NCBI GenBank assembly: GCA_001029675.1 | Contig: CP011210.1 | Coordinates: 453,663-517,662 of the forward strand | Source of the DNA: Candidatus Beckwithbacteria bacterium GW2011_GWC1_49_16 | Lineage (GTDB): Bacteria; Patescibacteriota; Microgenomatia; UBA1400; CG1-02-47-37 | Length of the DNA stretch: 64,000 bases | Direction: 5' to 3' | Shown: one piece after another, positions 54,734 through 64,000 of the stretch | Position numbering within the stretch: position 1 is the stretch's first letter | How the letters are laid out: the number at the start of each line of letters is the position of its first letter | The notes under the pieces: model-generated | What the model was told of the DNA's origin: nothing | Databases searched by the model: none | What the model saw: the letters and a program-made list of their open reading frames with translations, nothing else | Program-made: the position numbers and the translations under genes

Positions 54734-55606
54734 TTATGGTAGCACAAAGTGGCAAAGTAAATCTTCTTTTCTAACCCAAACGGTTTTAGGCTGATAGCCT
54801 TTCAAATGAAGGTTTTTTACTATCGAAGCCGTGTTAGTATTAAAGTGATTGAGATAGTCAGGTGAATGTATCTCGACAAAAATGTGGTCTGGCCTAATAC
54901 TGCCTAATCCGTCAATCACTTTTTCTTCGGCTCCTTCAACGTCGATTTTTATAATATTTGGCGCAGGCCAGCCATCGGCAACGAGACTATCTATTCTTCT
55001 GGTGGTAACTTTTTGAGTACCTTTAAATCTATGAACGTCTTCTAGGCTAGGACACTGACCAGAGGAATTGTCGACATGTAATATTTCCTCGCCGTCATGA
55101 TCGCTGATGGCTATCTGTAAACAATCTATTTGAGAAGAGACTTTATTGCTTATGACGTTGTCAGTTAGTTTTTGGAAAGTAGGAAGATTGGGCTCAAAAG
55201 CAACGATCTTACTCGTAGGTTCTTTTTTAGCAGAGACAATGGAGTAGCTGCCAATATAAGCTCCTATGTCCCACAATGCAGAACCCGGTTGTACCGCTTC
55301 AAGAAGCCTGGCCATGTATTTTTCCTCGTGGCCGGAGCCTTTTCTAATTAAAAACTCCTGAATCGAGGAAGCTACTGAATTAACCAGGGATTTTTCTCCA
55401 TTTCTCCCTAGATAGACCAGTGGAAAAATTCCATATCTTAGCTGAAAAAGTCGTTTTCTTAATGTAAAAGGAAGAAATTGACGATAAACTCTTCTTAAAA
55501 GCTGATCAGACTGGATTTCTTGATCTGGAATGTCAAGTACTAATATTTGAGGAACTGTTTCTAAATCAAGAATAGGCCCGATGGATATAAATTTGCTTCT
55601 TTCCAT
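54734..55606 (-). CDS. FkbM-family methyltransferase
   Basis: 290 aa with the WDIGAYIGSYSIV SAM-binding motif. The gene is AT-rich. Confidence 0.6.
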   Translation of the reverse strand: MERSKFISIGPILDLETVPQILVLDIPDQEIQSDQLLRRVYRQFLPFTLRKRLFQLRYGIFPLVYLGRNGEKSLVNSVASSIQEFLIRKGSGHEEKYMARLLEAVQPGSALWDIGAYIGSYSIVSAKKEPTSKIVAFEPNLPTFQKLTDNVISNKVSSQIDCLQIAISDHDGEEILHVDNSSGQCPSLEDVHRFKGTQKVTTRRIDSLVADGWPAPNIIKIDVEGAEEKVIDGLGSIRPDHIFVEIHSPDYLNHFNTNTASIVKNLHLKGYQPKTVWVRKEDLLCHFVLP

Positions 55607-55652
55607 GCGGGTATTATAGCAAATCTAGTCTTATAGTGTTATTTCTAGAGAC

Positions 55653-56660
55653 TTAAGATTTCCAAAGCCTAAGGTAATCATCAACCACTTTGTCCCAAGT
55701 TTGCCCTTGGGCAAAACGATAAGCAGCCTCGATCATTTTGTCGATTTTTCTGGGTTTATTCCTGGCGCTTTCAAACTGGCTCACCAGCTGGCTGGCCGAG
55801 CCGGCAATAAAGATGAATTTAGCTCCGGGGAAAAGAGTCAGGTAGTCTTTTTTCAAGGGATTTTGGTAGAGGGCGAAAACCGGGCGGCGGCGGGCCATGG
55901 CCTCAAGGATGGTCAGATAAGACGAGGCAAAGATATAAGCGGGCCGGTTTAAAAACTTACCAATATCTTTGACCAGGCCGGTAACCTGGCCTAATTTCTC
56001 GGCCTGACCGCGAAGGCTGCCGTCGCCGACAAAAGTGATTTTTAAATTGTACCGGGCTTTGATTTGTTTTAAAGCCTTCAAATATTCACTTACTGCCAAG
56101 TCGGGTTCAAGCCTGCCGATAAAAATAACCTCCCTTAAGCCCCTTCCCCCAATAAAGTTCTGATGTATCGATACATCGATACCGCCGTAGGTGACCGCGC
56201 CAGCTTTGGTGCCATAGTGATTGATAAGATAATCGCCGACGCAGATGTTGCCGGAAGATAAACTCTCCCAGATTTTTCTGGCCAGTTTGTTTTTGGCCGG
56301 CACCGGAAACTTACCCTCCCAACCGTGGAAGGTGGTAAAGACCGGTTTTTTGGGATACAGAAAACTAAAGGGCAAGTACCAAAAGAAAACGTCGTGGCAG
56401 TGGACCAAGTCGGCTTTTTGGATTAGACTCCGCCGGCGCCAAAGATTTAACCATATCCCCCATTTTGAGTTTGAATAGGGGAGTCTGACGATTTTTATGC
56501 CCCGGTGGCTGGCAATTTCGGCCAGTCCCCTTTTATGTTTCAAGGTGACTACGGTTATTTGGTGGCCTTTTTCCGCCAACCTGGCGCTCACCTCCTCTAC
56601 GTGCTTCTCCACCCCGCCGATGTGGGGGTAGAAAAGCCTGGTGAGCATGAGTATGGTCAT
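55653..56660 (-). CDS. family 4 (GT-B) glycosyltransferase
   Basis: 335 aa. The N-terminus reads MLTRLFYPHIGGVEKHVEEVSARLAEKGHQITVVT. Confidence 0.7.
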   Translation of the reverse strand: MTILMLTRLFYPHIGGVEKHVEEVSARLAEKGHQITVVTLKHKRGLAEIASHRGIKIVRLPYSNSKWGIWLNLWRRRSLIQKADLVHCHDVFFWYLPFSFLYPKKPVFTTFHGWEGKFPVPAKNKLARKIWESLSSGNICVGDYLINHYGTKAGAVTYGGIDVSIHQNFIGGRGLREVIFIGRLEPDLAVSEYLKALKQIKARYNLKITFVGDGSLRGQAEKLGQVTGLVKDIGKFLNRPAYIFASSYLTILEAMARRRPVFALYQNPLKKDYLTLFPGAKFIFIAGSASQLVSQFESARNKPRKIDKMIEAAYRFAQGQTWDKVVDDYLRLWKS

Positions 56661-57427
56661 TTATCCGGTTTTACCCCAACTAAAATTATCTGGGATTCCC
56701 CAAAGATCTTTAGAGTTATCCAATCCAGAAAGCTTACCAAATAAGTAAGTGGGCCTCTAATAAATTTGATAAAAAATCCAAGCCTTTGAGAGAGAAATAA
56801 CAAATTTCTCAAAATTCCTTCTGTTTTCTTTATCTCTTTGGTTTTAAACCCGCATCTAGTCGTCAGTTCCTTTAAAGACCTCTCTGTATATCTTCTTAAA
56901 TGTCCAACTCGTCTATCAAAGTCTTTAGCATATCCTATTCGATAAAGAGGCGCATTGTATGAGGGGACTGTTATAATAATCTTTCCTCCTTTTTTAATTA
57001 ACTTATGTATTTTAAAAAGGATTACTTCTTCGTTTTTCAAGTGCTCGAGTATTTCAGAGCAAATTACTAAATCGAATTTCTTATTTACCTTTAAACCTCT
57101 ATTAAAGTCCCCCCTGATAAATCTAGTCTTATTTCTTAAATTAAATGACCTTGCAGACTTCTCGGAAATATCTACTGCCTTTTTCGAAATTTCTATTCCG
57201 ACGACGTTAAACCCTTTCTTTGCTAGGTAAAGAGAAATAGCGCCCGTCCCACTGCCTATGTCTAAGACTGTTCTTCCTTTAATTTTTTTAAAGCCTTCTT
57301 TAAACAGTTCGTTATCAAATGTTCTTAAGAGATTAAGGTAAGTAAAGTTGTTCCTGCCAATAATTCTTCTTGGTATTGTAGAATTTTTATGAAATTTGTC
57401 ATATAAACTAACGTTGTCTCTTCTCAT
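56657..57427 (-). CDS. class I SAM-dependent methyltransferase
   Basis: 256 aa with motif I VLDIGSGTGAISLYLAKKG. The gene is AT-rich. Confidence 0.75.
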   Translation of the reverse strand: MRRDNVSLYDKFHKNSTIPRRIIGRNNFTYLNLLRTFDNELFKEGFKKIKGRTVLDIGSGTGAISLYLAKKGFNVVGIEISKKAVDISEKSARSFNLRNKTRFIRGDFNRGLKVNKKFDLVICSEILEHLKNEEVILFKIHKLIKKGGKIIITVPSYNAPLYRIGYAKDFDRRVGHLRRYTERSLKELTTRCGFKTKEIKKTEGILRNLLFLSQRLGFFIKFIRGPLTYLVSFLDWITLKIFGESQIILVGVKPDK

Positions 57428-57477
57428 AGTTTAGTTTATCACGACATAGTAGGTCCTTGACAAATAATTCTTTTTAG

Positions 57478-60081
57478 GTGTACCTTCAAGGAGCAATGTT
57501 TCTTCGTCTGCCCAGGGTATTGGTGTTTTTCTTAGGTTTTCTTTTTGTCCTCTTAATATTTCCAAATAAAAGCAGCGCTGCAGTTTTATTTCAGGATAAT
57601 TTTGATGACGGAAATGCCAATGGGTGGATAGTTGCAAGAAACATGCAATGGGGAAATAACTTATTGCCATGCTATAAAGAAGGTCAACCGACAGACTGGG
57701 CTGTTCAGGACGGAAAATATGGGATTTATATAGTCGGACAGAGTTGTGTTACTGAAACAATGCCAGCAAGCTGGGATAATTCGTGGAACAACTACATTTT
57801 TGAAGCTGACGTTATTTTCGTCAGAGGAACTGATGGGAATATCGCTTTCAGATATTCGGGAAGTCCTAATTTCGATTGGTATGGCTACCATTTTCAAATC
57901 GACTCAAATCCAAGCTTTTCAAAAGTTACTCTTCAAAGAGTCTTAAACACAAGCATTTATTCAGATAACTCAGTTTTCTATCTGGAACGCAACACCCCTT
58001 ATCACCTAAAAATTATTGTTAACAATGAAGAGATAAAACTATTTATAAATGATAATTTGGCTCTAGATTACCCAGATGCTGGAGGCAGATTCACCACAGG
58101 CAGAATCGCATTACAAGCCAGCGTTGGAGGTGATCCAGAATCACAAGTCTGGTTTGACAATGTTGTGGTCAGCTCAATCGGTGACGAGCCAGAGGAAAAA
58201 GATCCGGTTGTGTTGCTGCCAGGGTTTGGAGCAAGCTGGGACAAGACGGCCCTGGTGATAGGAGGTCCTGGCGATGACTGGACTAAAACTCCGTTCGTCA
58301 ACGTCTACGACAACTTGAGAAATACTTTTATCGACAACGCCGGCTATACCGAAGGCGATGATTACTTTGAGTTTTACTACGACTGGCGCAAGCCGTTGAC
58401 CGATTTAGCCGATGACTTTGATGACTTTCTTCAAACAACGGTGCTCACGGATAAGCCGGAAGACACTAAAGTCGACCTAGTCGGTCACAGCCTTGGAGGA
58501 ATGGTGGCCAGAGTCTTTGCCCAAGAACATGGCATAGATAAACTAGACGAGATCGTCACCACTGGTTCACCCCATGAGGGAGCCATTCCAGCCTGGCTGG
58601 CTTGGTCGGGAGCGGAGGTGGGCGAACGCTGGTCGTGGCAGTGGTTAGCGCTGCAGCTTTATCTTCAAATCCACAACTTGGGTTACGCCTCACCAGTGAC
58701 TGCGGTGCGGGGTTTGACTCCGGGGCTTAAAGATTTGCTGCCTATTTTTGACTTTGCCAAAGACGAGGGCGACTCGGTAATTCCTTATACCAGTTTGACC
58801 GGCATCAATGACTATTTGGACAGCCTTGAATCAAGCCTATCCACAGAAGTTAAAGGTGTCTTAAACACCATTGCCGGCCGTGAAGACGACCCTGATCGGA
58901 ATACGGTTGAATGGTTGACTCTGGGAGAGAGAAGCTGGATCGACCAACTTTTGGGTAGGTGGCCTGACGGCAAACCGGTGGCCAAAGAAACCACAGACGC
59001 TGGTGACTTAACTGTGTTGCAAAAAAGCGCCACAGTCAGCGGCGTTGCCTCGACGGCCGTGGTCAATACCACTCACGTTAGTTTGCCGCAAACAAAGGAA
59101 GGCATCCAAGCAATTCTTGATGCTTTAGACTTATCGGGGGTAGCTCCGGCAACTGGCGTCGATCCTCTGCCGCGAAACCCATCCTTGGTTTTCTTTCTCC
59201 ACTCGCCAGCCGAATTGACCGTAACTGCGCCCGACGAATCTCAAGCTGGCTTCGGCGTCGCCTCGCCGATGGCCAACTCCCTTTACAGCCCGGAAGACAA
59301 ACTTTTGGTTATTTACAACGCCTTGGCCGGAATTTATGGAGTGGAAATTTTGGGAACCGGCACCGGTCCATACCACTTGGAAGTCGGCCAGTTGACCGAA
59401 GCGGGTGAATTTTTCAACACCTTAAGCGAAACTACTTCTGCCGGAGAAACCGACACTTTTCAACTTGACTTTAACCCCGAAGACCCTTTGGCTCAACCGG
59501 TCGTCGATGAAACCGGAAAAACCCAACTACTCTTGGCCAAAGCCAGGCTGGAAGAACTCAAAGACGCCGTTAACCGGCGCTGGTTTAAAAACTTTATCGA
59601 CCAAATGATTCGCTTAATTGACCGGGCCGTGGAGAAAATCGATCAGGGCAGATTCCTCTGGGCCCAAGTCTATGTGCAGAGAACCTTGCTGACCGACTAC
59701 TATCTGCGCTTGTTTTCAGACAGACACTGGAGTTTTTGGGGGCTTACTTCCCAAGAGCAAATCTTGGCTCATAATTTGGCCGCAGAGGCGGGTCAATACT
59801 TGGAAGAGGCTTTTGTGATTACTTTTGACTTAAGCGGTCGCAGGTTAACTTCCCGGCAAGTGCAAAGTTATATCAGAGAGACGGAGAGGTTAAAGGCCCG
59901 GGTCGACCGCCGACTGGAAAGCTACGGTCAAGAGAATCAACTTTTGGGTGAAACCTACGAGCTGGCAGAGGCCAGTCTTGCCGGAGCCAAGGCTGATTTT
60001 GACTCGGGGAACTTAAGTAGCGCTTACGCCCAGCTTTTGGCCGCCAAAATTCTCTATCAGGAAGCCTTAGGCCTGCTGTAG
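57478..60081 (+). CDS. secreted protein with an N-terminal concanavalin/LamG-like lectin domain and an alpha/beta-hydrolase (lipase/PGAP1-like) domain
   Basis: 867 aa. It has a signal peptide and a jelly-roll-like domain (FQDNFDDGNANGWIV...RIALQASVGGDPESQVWFDNVVVS). A nucleophile elbow, GHSLGGMVAR, follows. Confidence 0.6.
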   Translation: MYLQGAMFLRLPRVLVFFLGFLFVLLIFPNKSSAAVLFQDNFDDGNANGWIVARNMQWGNNLLPCYKEGQPTDWAVQDGKYGIYIVGQSCVTETMPASWDNSWNNYIFEADVIFVRGTDGNIAFRYSGSPNFDWYGYHFQIDSNPSFSKVTLQRVLNTSIYSDNSVFYLERNTPYHLKIIVNNEEIKLFINDNLALDYPDAGGRFTTGRIALQASVGGDPESQVWFDNVVVSSIGDEPEEKDPVVLLPGFGASWDKTALVIGGPGDDWTKTPFVNVYDNLRNTFIDNAGYTEGDDYFEFYYDWRKPLTDLADDFDDFLQTTVLTDKPEDTKVDLVGHSLGGMVARVFAQEHGIDKLDEIVTTGSPHEGAIPAWLAWSGAEVGERWSWQWLALQLYLQIHNLGYASPVTAVRGLTPGLKDLLPIFDFAKDEGDSVIPYTSLTGINDYLDSLESSLSTEVKGVLNTIAGREDDPDRNTVEWLTLGERSWIDQLLGRWPDGKPVAKETTDAGDLTVLQKSATVSGVASTAVVNTTHVSLPQTKEGIQAILDALDLSGVAPATGVDPLPRNPSLVFFLHSPAELTVTAPDESQAGFGVASPMANSLYSPEDKLLVIYNALAGIYGVEILGTGTGPYHLEVGQLTEAGEFFNTLSETTSAGETDTFQLDFNPEDPLAQPVVDETGKTQLLLAKARLEELKDAVNRRWFKNFIDQMIRLIDRAVEKIDQGRFLWAQVYVQRTLLTDYYLRLFSDRHWSFWGLTSQEQILAHNLAAEAGQYLEEAFVITFDLSGRRLTSRQVQSYIRETERLKARVDRRLESYGQENQLLGETYELAEASLAGAKADFDSGNLSSAYAQLLAAKILYQEALGLL

Positions 60082-60629
60082 TTGGCACCAGGAAAGGTGC
60101 CGGCAAATCTACTTATCTCTATGCCTGTATCGTCGAAAACATCGACCATGTATCTTTTATTGCCCAGCTCAACCGTAGAAATTAATTCCTTAGGTGCCAA
60201 AGGTTGAAGCCCAAACTTTTCAATGATCTCCTCTAAGGTTCTGATTTCAGTTGAGGGTAATTGAGAAAACTCTAACGTATATGAAGGCTCTCCCCTTTCA
60301 AACACCAAAACTCCTTTATGTAAGGTTATGGGCGCCAGCACGGGAATTGATAAATTAGTTAATTGACTTAAAGCCATTAAAGTTTCGTAGGCTCTCTCGG
60401 CGTAACCTCGAGAGTTTTCGTTTTCCGCAGGGTAAAGTTTCATAAATAGTCCAACTGAATCACTTGATGCCGACAACCTCAAAGTGAACTCATAGAGTCG
60501 GCTCTCCAGCTCCCAATCCCCTTTGGGAGAAAAGTCTATCGGAAACCCTTCGCCGTTAAACTCAAGCATTCCTAGGAAATTTTCCGCCTGGATGGTTGCG
60601 TATTCAACAGAAACTTTTTCTCTGTCCAT
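60057..60629 (-). CDS. hypothetical protein
   Basis: 190-aa ORF convergent with the lipase gene. No motif. Confidence 0.4.
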   Translation of the reverse strand: MDREKVSVEYATIQAENFLGMLEFNGEGFPIDFSPKGDWELESRLYEFTLRLSASSDSVGLFMKLYPAENENSRGYAERAYETLMALSQLTNLSIPVLAPITLHKGVLVFERGEPSYTLEFSQLPSTEIRTLEEIIEKFGLQPLAPKELISTVELGNKRYMVDVFDDTGIEISRFAGTFPGANYSRPKAS

Positions 60630-60651
60630 GTTCGGTATTATATCAGGTCAG

Positions 60652-62725
60652 TTTAAATTAGCCTCTTAATCGCTTCTAGGTAAACGTGTTTGTTTTTGCG
60701 GGCGGGGAAGTCCTGGGAGATTTGATTGCGTAGAGAAGTTTTTAGTCACTTTCTTAACTTTTCAAGGAGATCTCTTAAATAAACTTCTAGTAAAAATTCT
60801 GACTCTGGTATATATTTTTGCTCATACTCTTGAAAAACTCCGTAACTTTCAAGTAAATATAAATTTTCAATCGTTAATTGTATTTGTTTTATTAATTGGA
60901 TTCGTTGGTCCAATAAAATATCCTCTATTTGACGAAAGGGATTAAAGCCCAATGTTGGCTGGTCGCAAATTTTAAGAAGGAACTCAGAAACTTTTTGAAA
61001 ACTTTTTCCTACTTCTTCAAAGTCTGGAGTAGTGGTCAGCTCTTTACCCAAGGAGTCTAATTCTGAAAACCATCTAATTAAGTTGCTATTATCATAGGGT
61101 GGTGGTTTTTGGTTAATTTCTCTCAGAATTTCTACCCTACCTCTATTTTTCGTGTTAGTTATCTTAAATTCTTGATCCCAAATAGCAATATAGGTGCCTT
61201 TTTTTGCTGATATGGTCCCCAGAATATCTTGTGGGTTACCGTCGTATTCTTTAACAACCACACCCAGAAATAAAATGTCATTTCTTGACGTTAATGTGGT
61301 GAAATGGTCTCCTCCTCTGCCGCCGGTATGGTCAACTCTAGGCGCGAGAATCATTCCAGGTATTCGTTCGTCTCTGACATACTGCAACTCGACAATCGCA
61401 GCTGCATTACTAAAATGACCAATGCTAACTTTTCTTAGACCAAAAAACCCACTAAAAACCGTGTCTGGAAGGATCAAGAGATAATTTGAGTGTTGCTGAT
61501 TGAATTTGAGTAATATGTCCATATCGTCTAGGCTAAATCCGCCTGCACCTACTTGAATTATCCCCCGTCCTTTCCGCGAATCAATGTTAACAACATCTGT
61601 TCCTTCGAAAAGAACGGTTCCTTCTTGGGGTTCGAGTTCTAAATCTTTTACGGGGGTTCTATTTTCAGGCGAATGCTGAACAACGATGCCTGGACTTTCT
61701 GATTGATCAATAGCAAACTCCCAGTAAGATGAGGTTTTGTCTGTTAATGTTTTTTGCCAGGCCCTGATAAGCTCTACTAGTTTAGGAACTTGAGGGTATA
61801 TTGATTTTTCAATTTCGAAACTTCGTCTAATAGTAATAGTTTCTAATTGGGTCGTATTTAGATTAACCACGTCAACTTTTGTTATCGACTGAAGAGCTTT
61901 AAAGATTGTTTTTATATCAGAAATTTTTTCTTTTTTTAAAACAATTGCCTCGCTTGTCTCTACTGCTTTAGTTCCAAGACCTATTACTAGACGTAGGATG
62001 GGCTCGTCATTAACTAAAGTTAGGACTCCAGATAAAGACGGCATAAAGTAATCCCCAAACCTATCCCCGACTACCGGATGAATTAGCATTCCCATTCCGG
62101 AATTTGTCCGCTCTAAATTAACAACTTTATCAGATGAAAAAAAGCTAGCAAAAATGCTTTTCTGATTCTCCTCCAGAACAGCTAAATCTTCCTGAGTGTC
62201 TCCTGTCTTGATATAAAACGTAGTGTAATATATTCCCGTTCCACCTCTTTCGTCTGTGGCGGAAGACCTTATAGCTATAGGAATTCCTTTGGGTATAAAA
62301 GACAAAATTTCTTGGTTTATTTCTGATAAATGTGGAGGAATTTCCCCTTGTTCAATTTCAAAATCTTGAGTTGAATTACGAAAATCGTTATACTGAATGA
62401 ACTCGTGAAAAAGTGACGACCCGATGCTAATCCCAGGTAGAACAGAAATCCCACTTAGATTTTGTTCATCCAAATTAATTAAATCTCTGGTTTTCAGGCC
62501 TGGATTGGAACCATAGCTAATCCACTCCTTACCGAATTGAGATTCAGTTGGCTTTTGGTTTTCTGACATACGGTCTTATAACTATTAATATAAGACCGTA
62601 TTTTATCATACGGGTGCTGAGCCTACTGGTTTAAGCACTAAGATGAGAACAAGCCTGACTTAAACTAACTTCTTAATCGCTTCCAAGTAAACGTGTTTGT
62701 TTTTGCGGGCGGGGAAGTCCTGGGG
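60652..62725. mobile_element. cargo cassette inserted at the 3' end of the uridine-kinase-like gene, bounded by ~65-bp imperfect direct repeats (60652-60717 and 62659-62725)
   Basis: The repeat is tt[a/c]aa[t/c]ta[g/a]c[c/t]TCTTAATCGCTTC[T/C]A[G/A]GTAAACGTGTTTGTTTTTGCGGGCGGGGAAGTCCTGGG. The relic copy still encodes ...ARKNKHVYLEAIKRLI-stop, against ...ARKNKHVYLEAIKKLV-stop in the live gene. The cargo is a single 607-aa gene and there is no recombinase. Confidence 0.55.
60746..62569 (-). CDS. hypothetical protein with a PPDK_N/PEP-synthase-like nucleotide-binding motif (cassette cargo)
   Basis: 607 aa. IPIAIRSSATDERGGTGIYYTTFYI resembles the V(A/R)VRSSATAED motif of PEP synthase and pyruvate phosphate dikinase ATP-grasp N-domains. 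The C-terminal 350 aa is unrecognised and the gene is AT-rich. Confidence 0.45.
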   Translation of the reverse strand: MSENQKPTESQFGKEWISYGSNPGLKTRDLINLDEQNLSGISVLPGISIGSSLFHEFIQYNDFRNSTQDFEIEQGEIPPHLSEINQEILSFIPKGIPIAIRSSATDERGGTGIYYTTFYIKTGDTQEDLAVLEENQKSIFASFFSSDKVVNLERTNSGMGMLIHPVVGDRFGDYFMPSLSGVLTLVNDEPILRLVIGLGTKAVETSEAIVLKKEKISDIKTIFKALQSITKVDVVNLNTTQLETITIRRSFEIEKSIYPQVPKLVELIRAWQKTLTDKTSSYWEFAIDQSESPGIVVQHSPENRTPVKDLELEPQEGTVLFEGTDVVNIDSRKGRGIIQVGAGGFSLDDMDILLKFNQQHSNYLLILPDTVFSGFFGLRKVSIGHFSNAAAIVELQYVRDERIPGMILAPRVDHTGGRGGDHFTTLTSRNDILFLGVVVKEYDGNPQDILGTISAKKGTYIAIWDQEFKITNTKNRGRVEILREINQKPPPYDNSNLIRWFSELDSLGKELTTTPDFEEVGKSFQKVSEFLLKICDQPTLGFNPFRQIEDILLDQRIQLIKQIQLTIENLYLLESYGVFQEYEQKYIPESEFLLEVYLRDLLEKLRK

Positions 62726-63511
62726 GGCTTCGACCTGGAGGGAGTTGTCAAAAAGTATGGCTTTATCGGCCAGAGTCCCCTGGCGCAAAGCGTCAAGATA
62801 GGGTTTGACGAACTGGAGATAACCGGGTTTGGTGGTGGAGGCGATTTGGTCTTGAGAGTCTTTTTTAGTGCGGCCGCGTTCTTGGACGTCGCGGTTGATG
62901 CGGCGAGCCACACAGATTTCCCAGGGAGCATCGACGCCGATAAGCAAGTCTGCCTCGTCTTTTAAAGCGTGGGCGGCCATGATGCCGGAAACGACGATAA
63001 TCGATTTGGGTGCGAGCTCGGGGCGACCCCGATCGACCCGGCTATGAATGGAAAAGTCGTACTCGGGCAGGGTAACGGTATGACCCTGGCGGAGGAGCGA
63101 CAGGTGAAGCCTTTGCAAGTCCCAGTCGACTGAGTTGGGGTGGTCGTAGTTGTTGGAATATATCCCTGGTTGGCTGTCGCCGAACAGCTTGCCGGTAGGG
63201 CCGTAGTAAAGGTCGGAAGGCAGGTGGACGACGGACTCTGCCAGCTCTTGCTGGATGACTTCGATGACCGTGTCTTTTCCCGAGCCGCTGGGGCCGAAGA
63301 TGACCACGGTTTTAGGCGTTTGGGCTAGCGAGCTTTTGGGACCAGATTGCCTAAGATAACCCCAGCGGGGGTCGTTCCTGGCGGCGGTTAAAAATTCCAG
63401 CGCTTGCTGGCTTTCGACTTTGATAATCAGGCCTTCGGGGTCGCCGATGGCCATCCAGGGCATGATCTTTGCCTTAGGGACTTTTTGGAGCAGGGCTTTT
63501 AAGTCGGGCAT
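62660..63511 (-). CDS. udk: uridine kinase / phosphoribulokinase-family P-loop kinase with an N-terminal extension
   Basis: 283 aa. P-loop VVIFGPSGSGKDTVIEV, then IGVDAPWEICVARRINRDVQERGRT (an Udk-like R..RD..ERGR motif). Confidence 0.65.
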   Translation of the reverse strand: MPDLKALLQKVPKAKIMPWMAIGDPEGLIIKVESQQALEFLTAARNDPRWGYLRQSGPKSSLAQTPKTVVIFGPSGSGKDTVIEVIQQELAESVVHLPSDLYYGPTGKLFGDSQPGIYSNNYDHPNSVDWDLQRLHLSLLRQGHTVTLPEYDFSIHSRVDRGRPELAPKSIIVVSGIMAAHALKDEADLLIGVDAPWEICVARRINRDVQERGRTKKDSQDQIASTTKPGYLQFVKPYLDALRQGTLADKAILFDNSLQVEAPQDFPARKNKHVYLEAIKKLV

Positions 63512-63569
63512 TGTCTAGAACAATATAGCATATCTAGTGGTCAATTTGACTATAGGGTATAATTCACAC

Positions 63570-64000
63570 ATGGAGCCGAAACCGCTTCCCGATAGCCAAA
63601 GTCTAAATCTGCCATACAGCCAAGAGATCGAAACGGCTGGCATCAAGATTGCCTCGATTGTTCAATCTTACCGAAAAGGTCAGATAGAAACCAAAGAAGC
63701 CAGATCACAACTATCAAGCTGGCTGATGAAAAAATTTACCTATGAAGAATTTCGTGAAGCTGTAAAGGCAGCCTTTGGCAGAAACATAACAGACCCAGAC
63801 ATTTTACCGGTTAACCAATCGCGGAACTGGTCAGCTAAGGAGTTAGCTTCTTCGCTCAGGCGGCCAGTAGTTTTTGGCGGTACCGGTCTAGCGGTTGTGT
63901 TCGTAGACATGTTTGATTCTGGCATATCAGCGGCACATAAATATCCGATGAATTATGACTTGTTGGTAAGTTACTTTAAAAGACATCCCGATAAACTATT
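63570..64000 (+). CDS. hypothetical protein, 5' partial ORF running off the window end
   Basis: ATG at 63570 with an open frame to the window end (MEPKPLPDSQSLNLPYSQEIE...). It is not in the track because no stop lies within the window. Confidence 0.35.
   Translation, partial: MEPKPLPDSQSLNLPYSQEIETAGIKIASIVQSYRKGQIETKEARSQLSSWLMKKFTYEEFREAVKAAFGRNITDPDILPVNQSRNWSAKELASSLRRPVVFGGTGLAVVFVDMFDSGISAAHKYPMNYDLLVSYFKRHPDKL

Overview
The window contains a conserved, GC-richer core and an AT-rich accessory island of about 19 kb. Core genes, mostly on the minus strand, are atpF'/atpE/atpB at the left edge, then rplS, pyrG, dnaE, gatBAC, clpB, htpX, lemA, polX, tRNA-Asp, a LysM protein, tRNA-Gly, tkt and tRNA-Thr, followed by a 13-kb cell-envelope polysaccharide/glycosylation cluster. 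The accessory island spans roughly 2.0-21.5 kb, between the atp operon and tRNA-Glu/tRNA-Lys/rplS. It reads as a degraded prophage or integrative element now carrying defence cargo. It holds a large serine recombinase next to tRNA-Glu, a ParB-methyltransferase fusion, terS and terL with no structural genes after them, an XRE regulator, and a type I R-M system whose HsdM-HsdS fusion has a C-terminal HEPN/Abi-like domain. Its main feature is a 7-gene minus-strand operon headed by a LexA-like S24 repressor. That operon encodes a small GcrA-N-like HTH protein, a CD-NTase (CBASS cyclase), a 2-TM effector, and three tightly coupled uncharacterised proteins (277 aa; 556 aa with multiple zinc ribbons; 265 aa). 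The three-gene tail is the best candidate here for an undescribed defence module. Two small cargo cassettes have no integrase and sit at the 3' ends of housekeeping genes (rplS and a uridine-kinase-like gene). Each is bracketed by ~65-bp imperfect direct repeats that re-encode the C-terminus of the target gene. One carries an AAA-type ATPase plus an 87-aa ORF. The other carries a 607-aa protein with a PPDK_N-like (PEP-synthase RSSAT-type) motif. Other points of note are an operator-like GAGACA repeat array with alternative hairpins at the island's left border, and a degenerate tRNA-like element beside tRNA-Thr next to an AT-rich 410-aa ORF. All calls rest on reading the sequence and translated ORFs by eye; no database searches were run.
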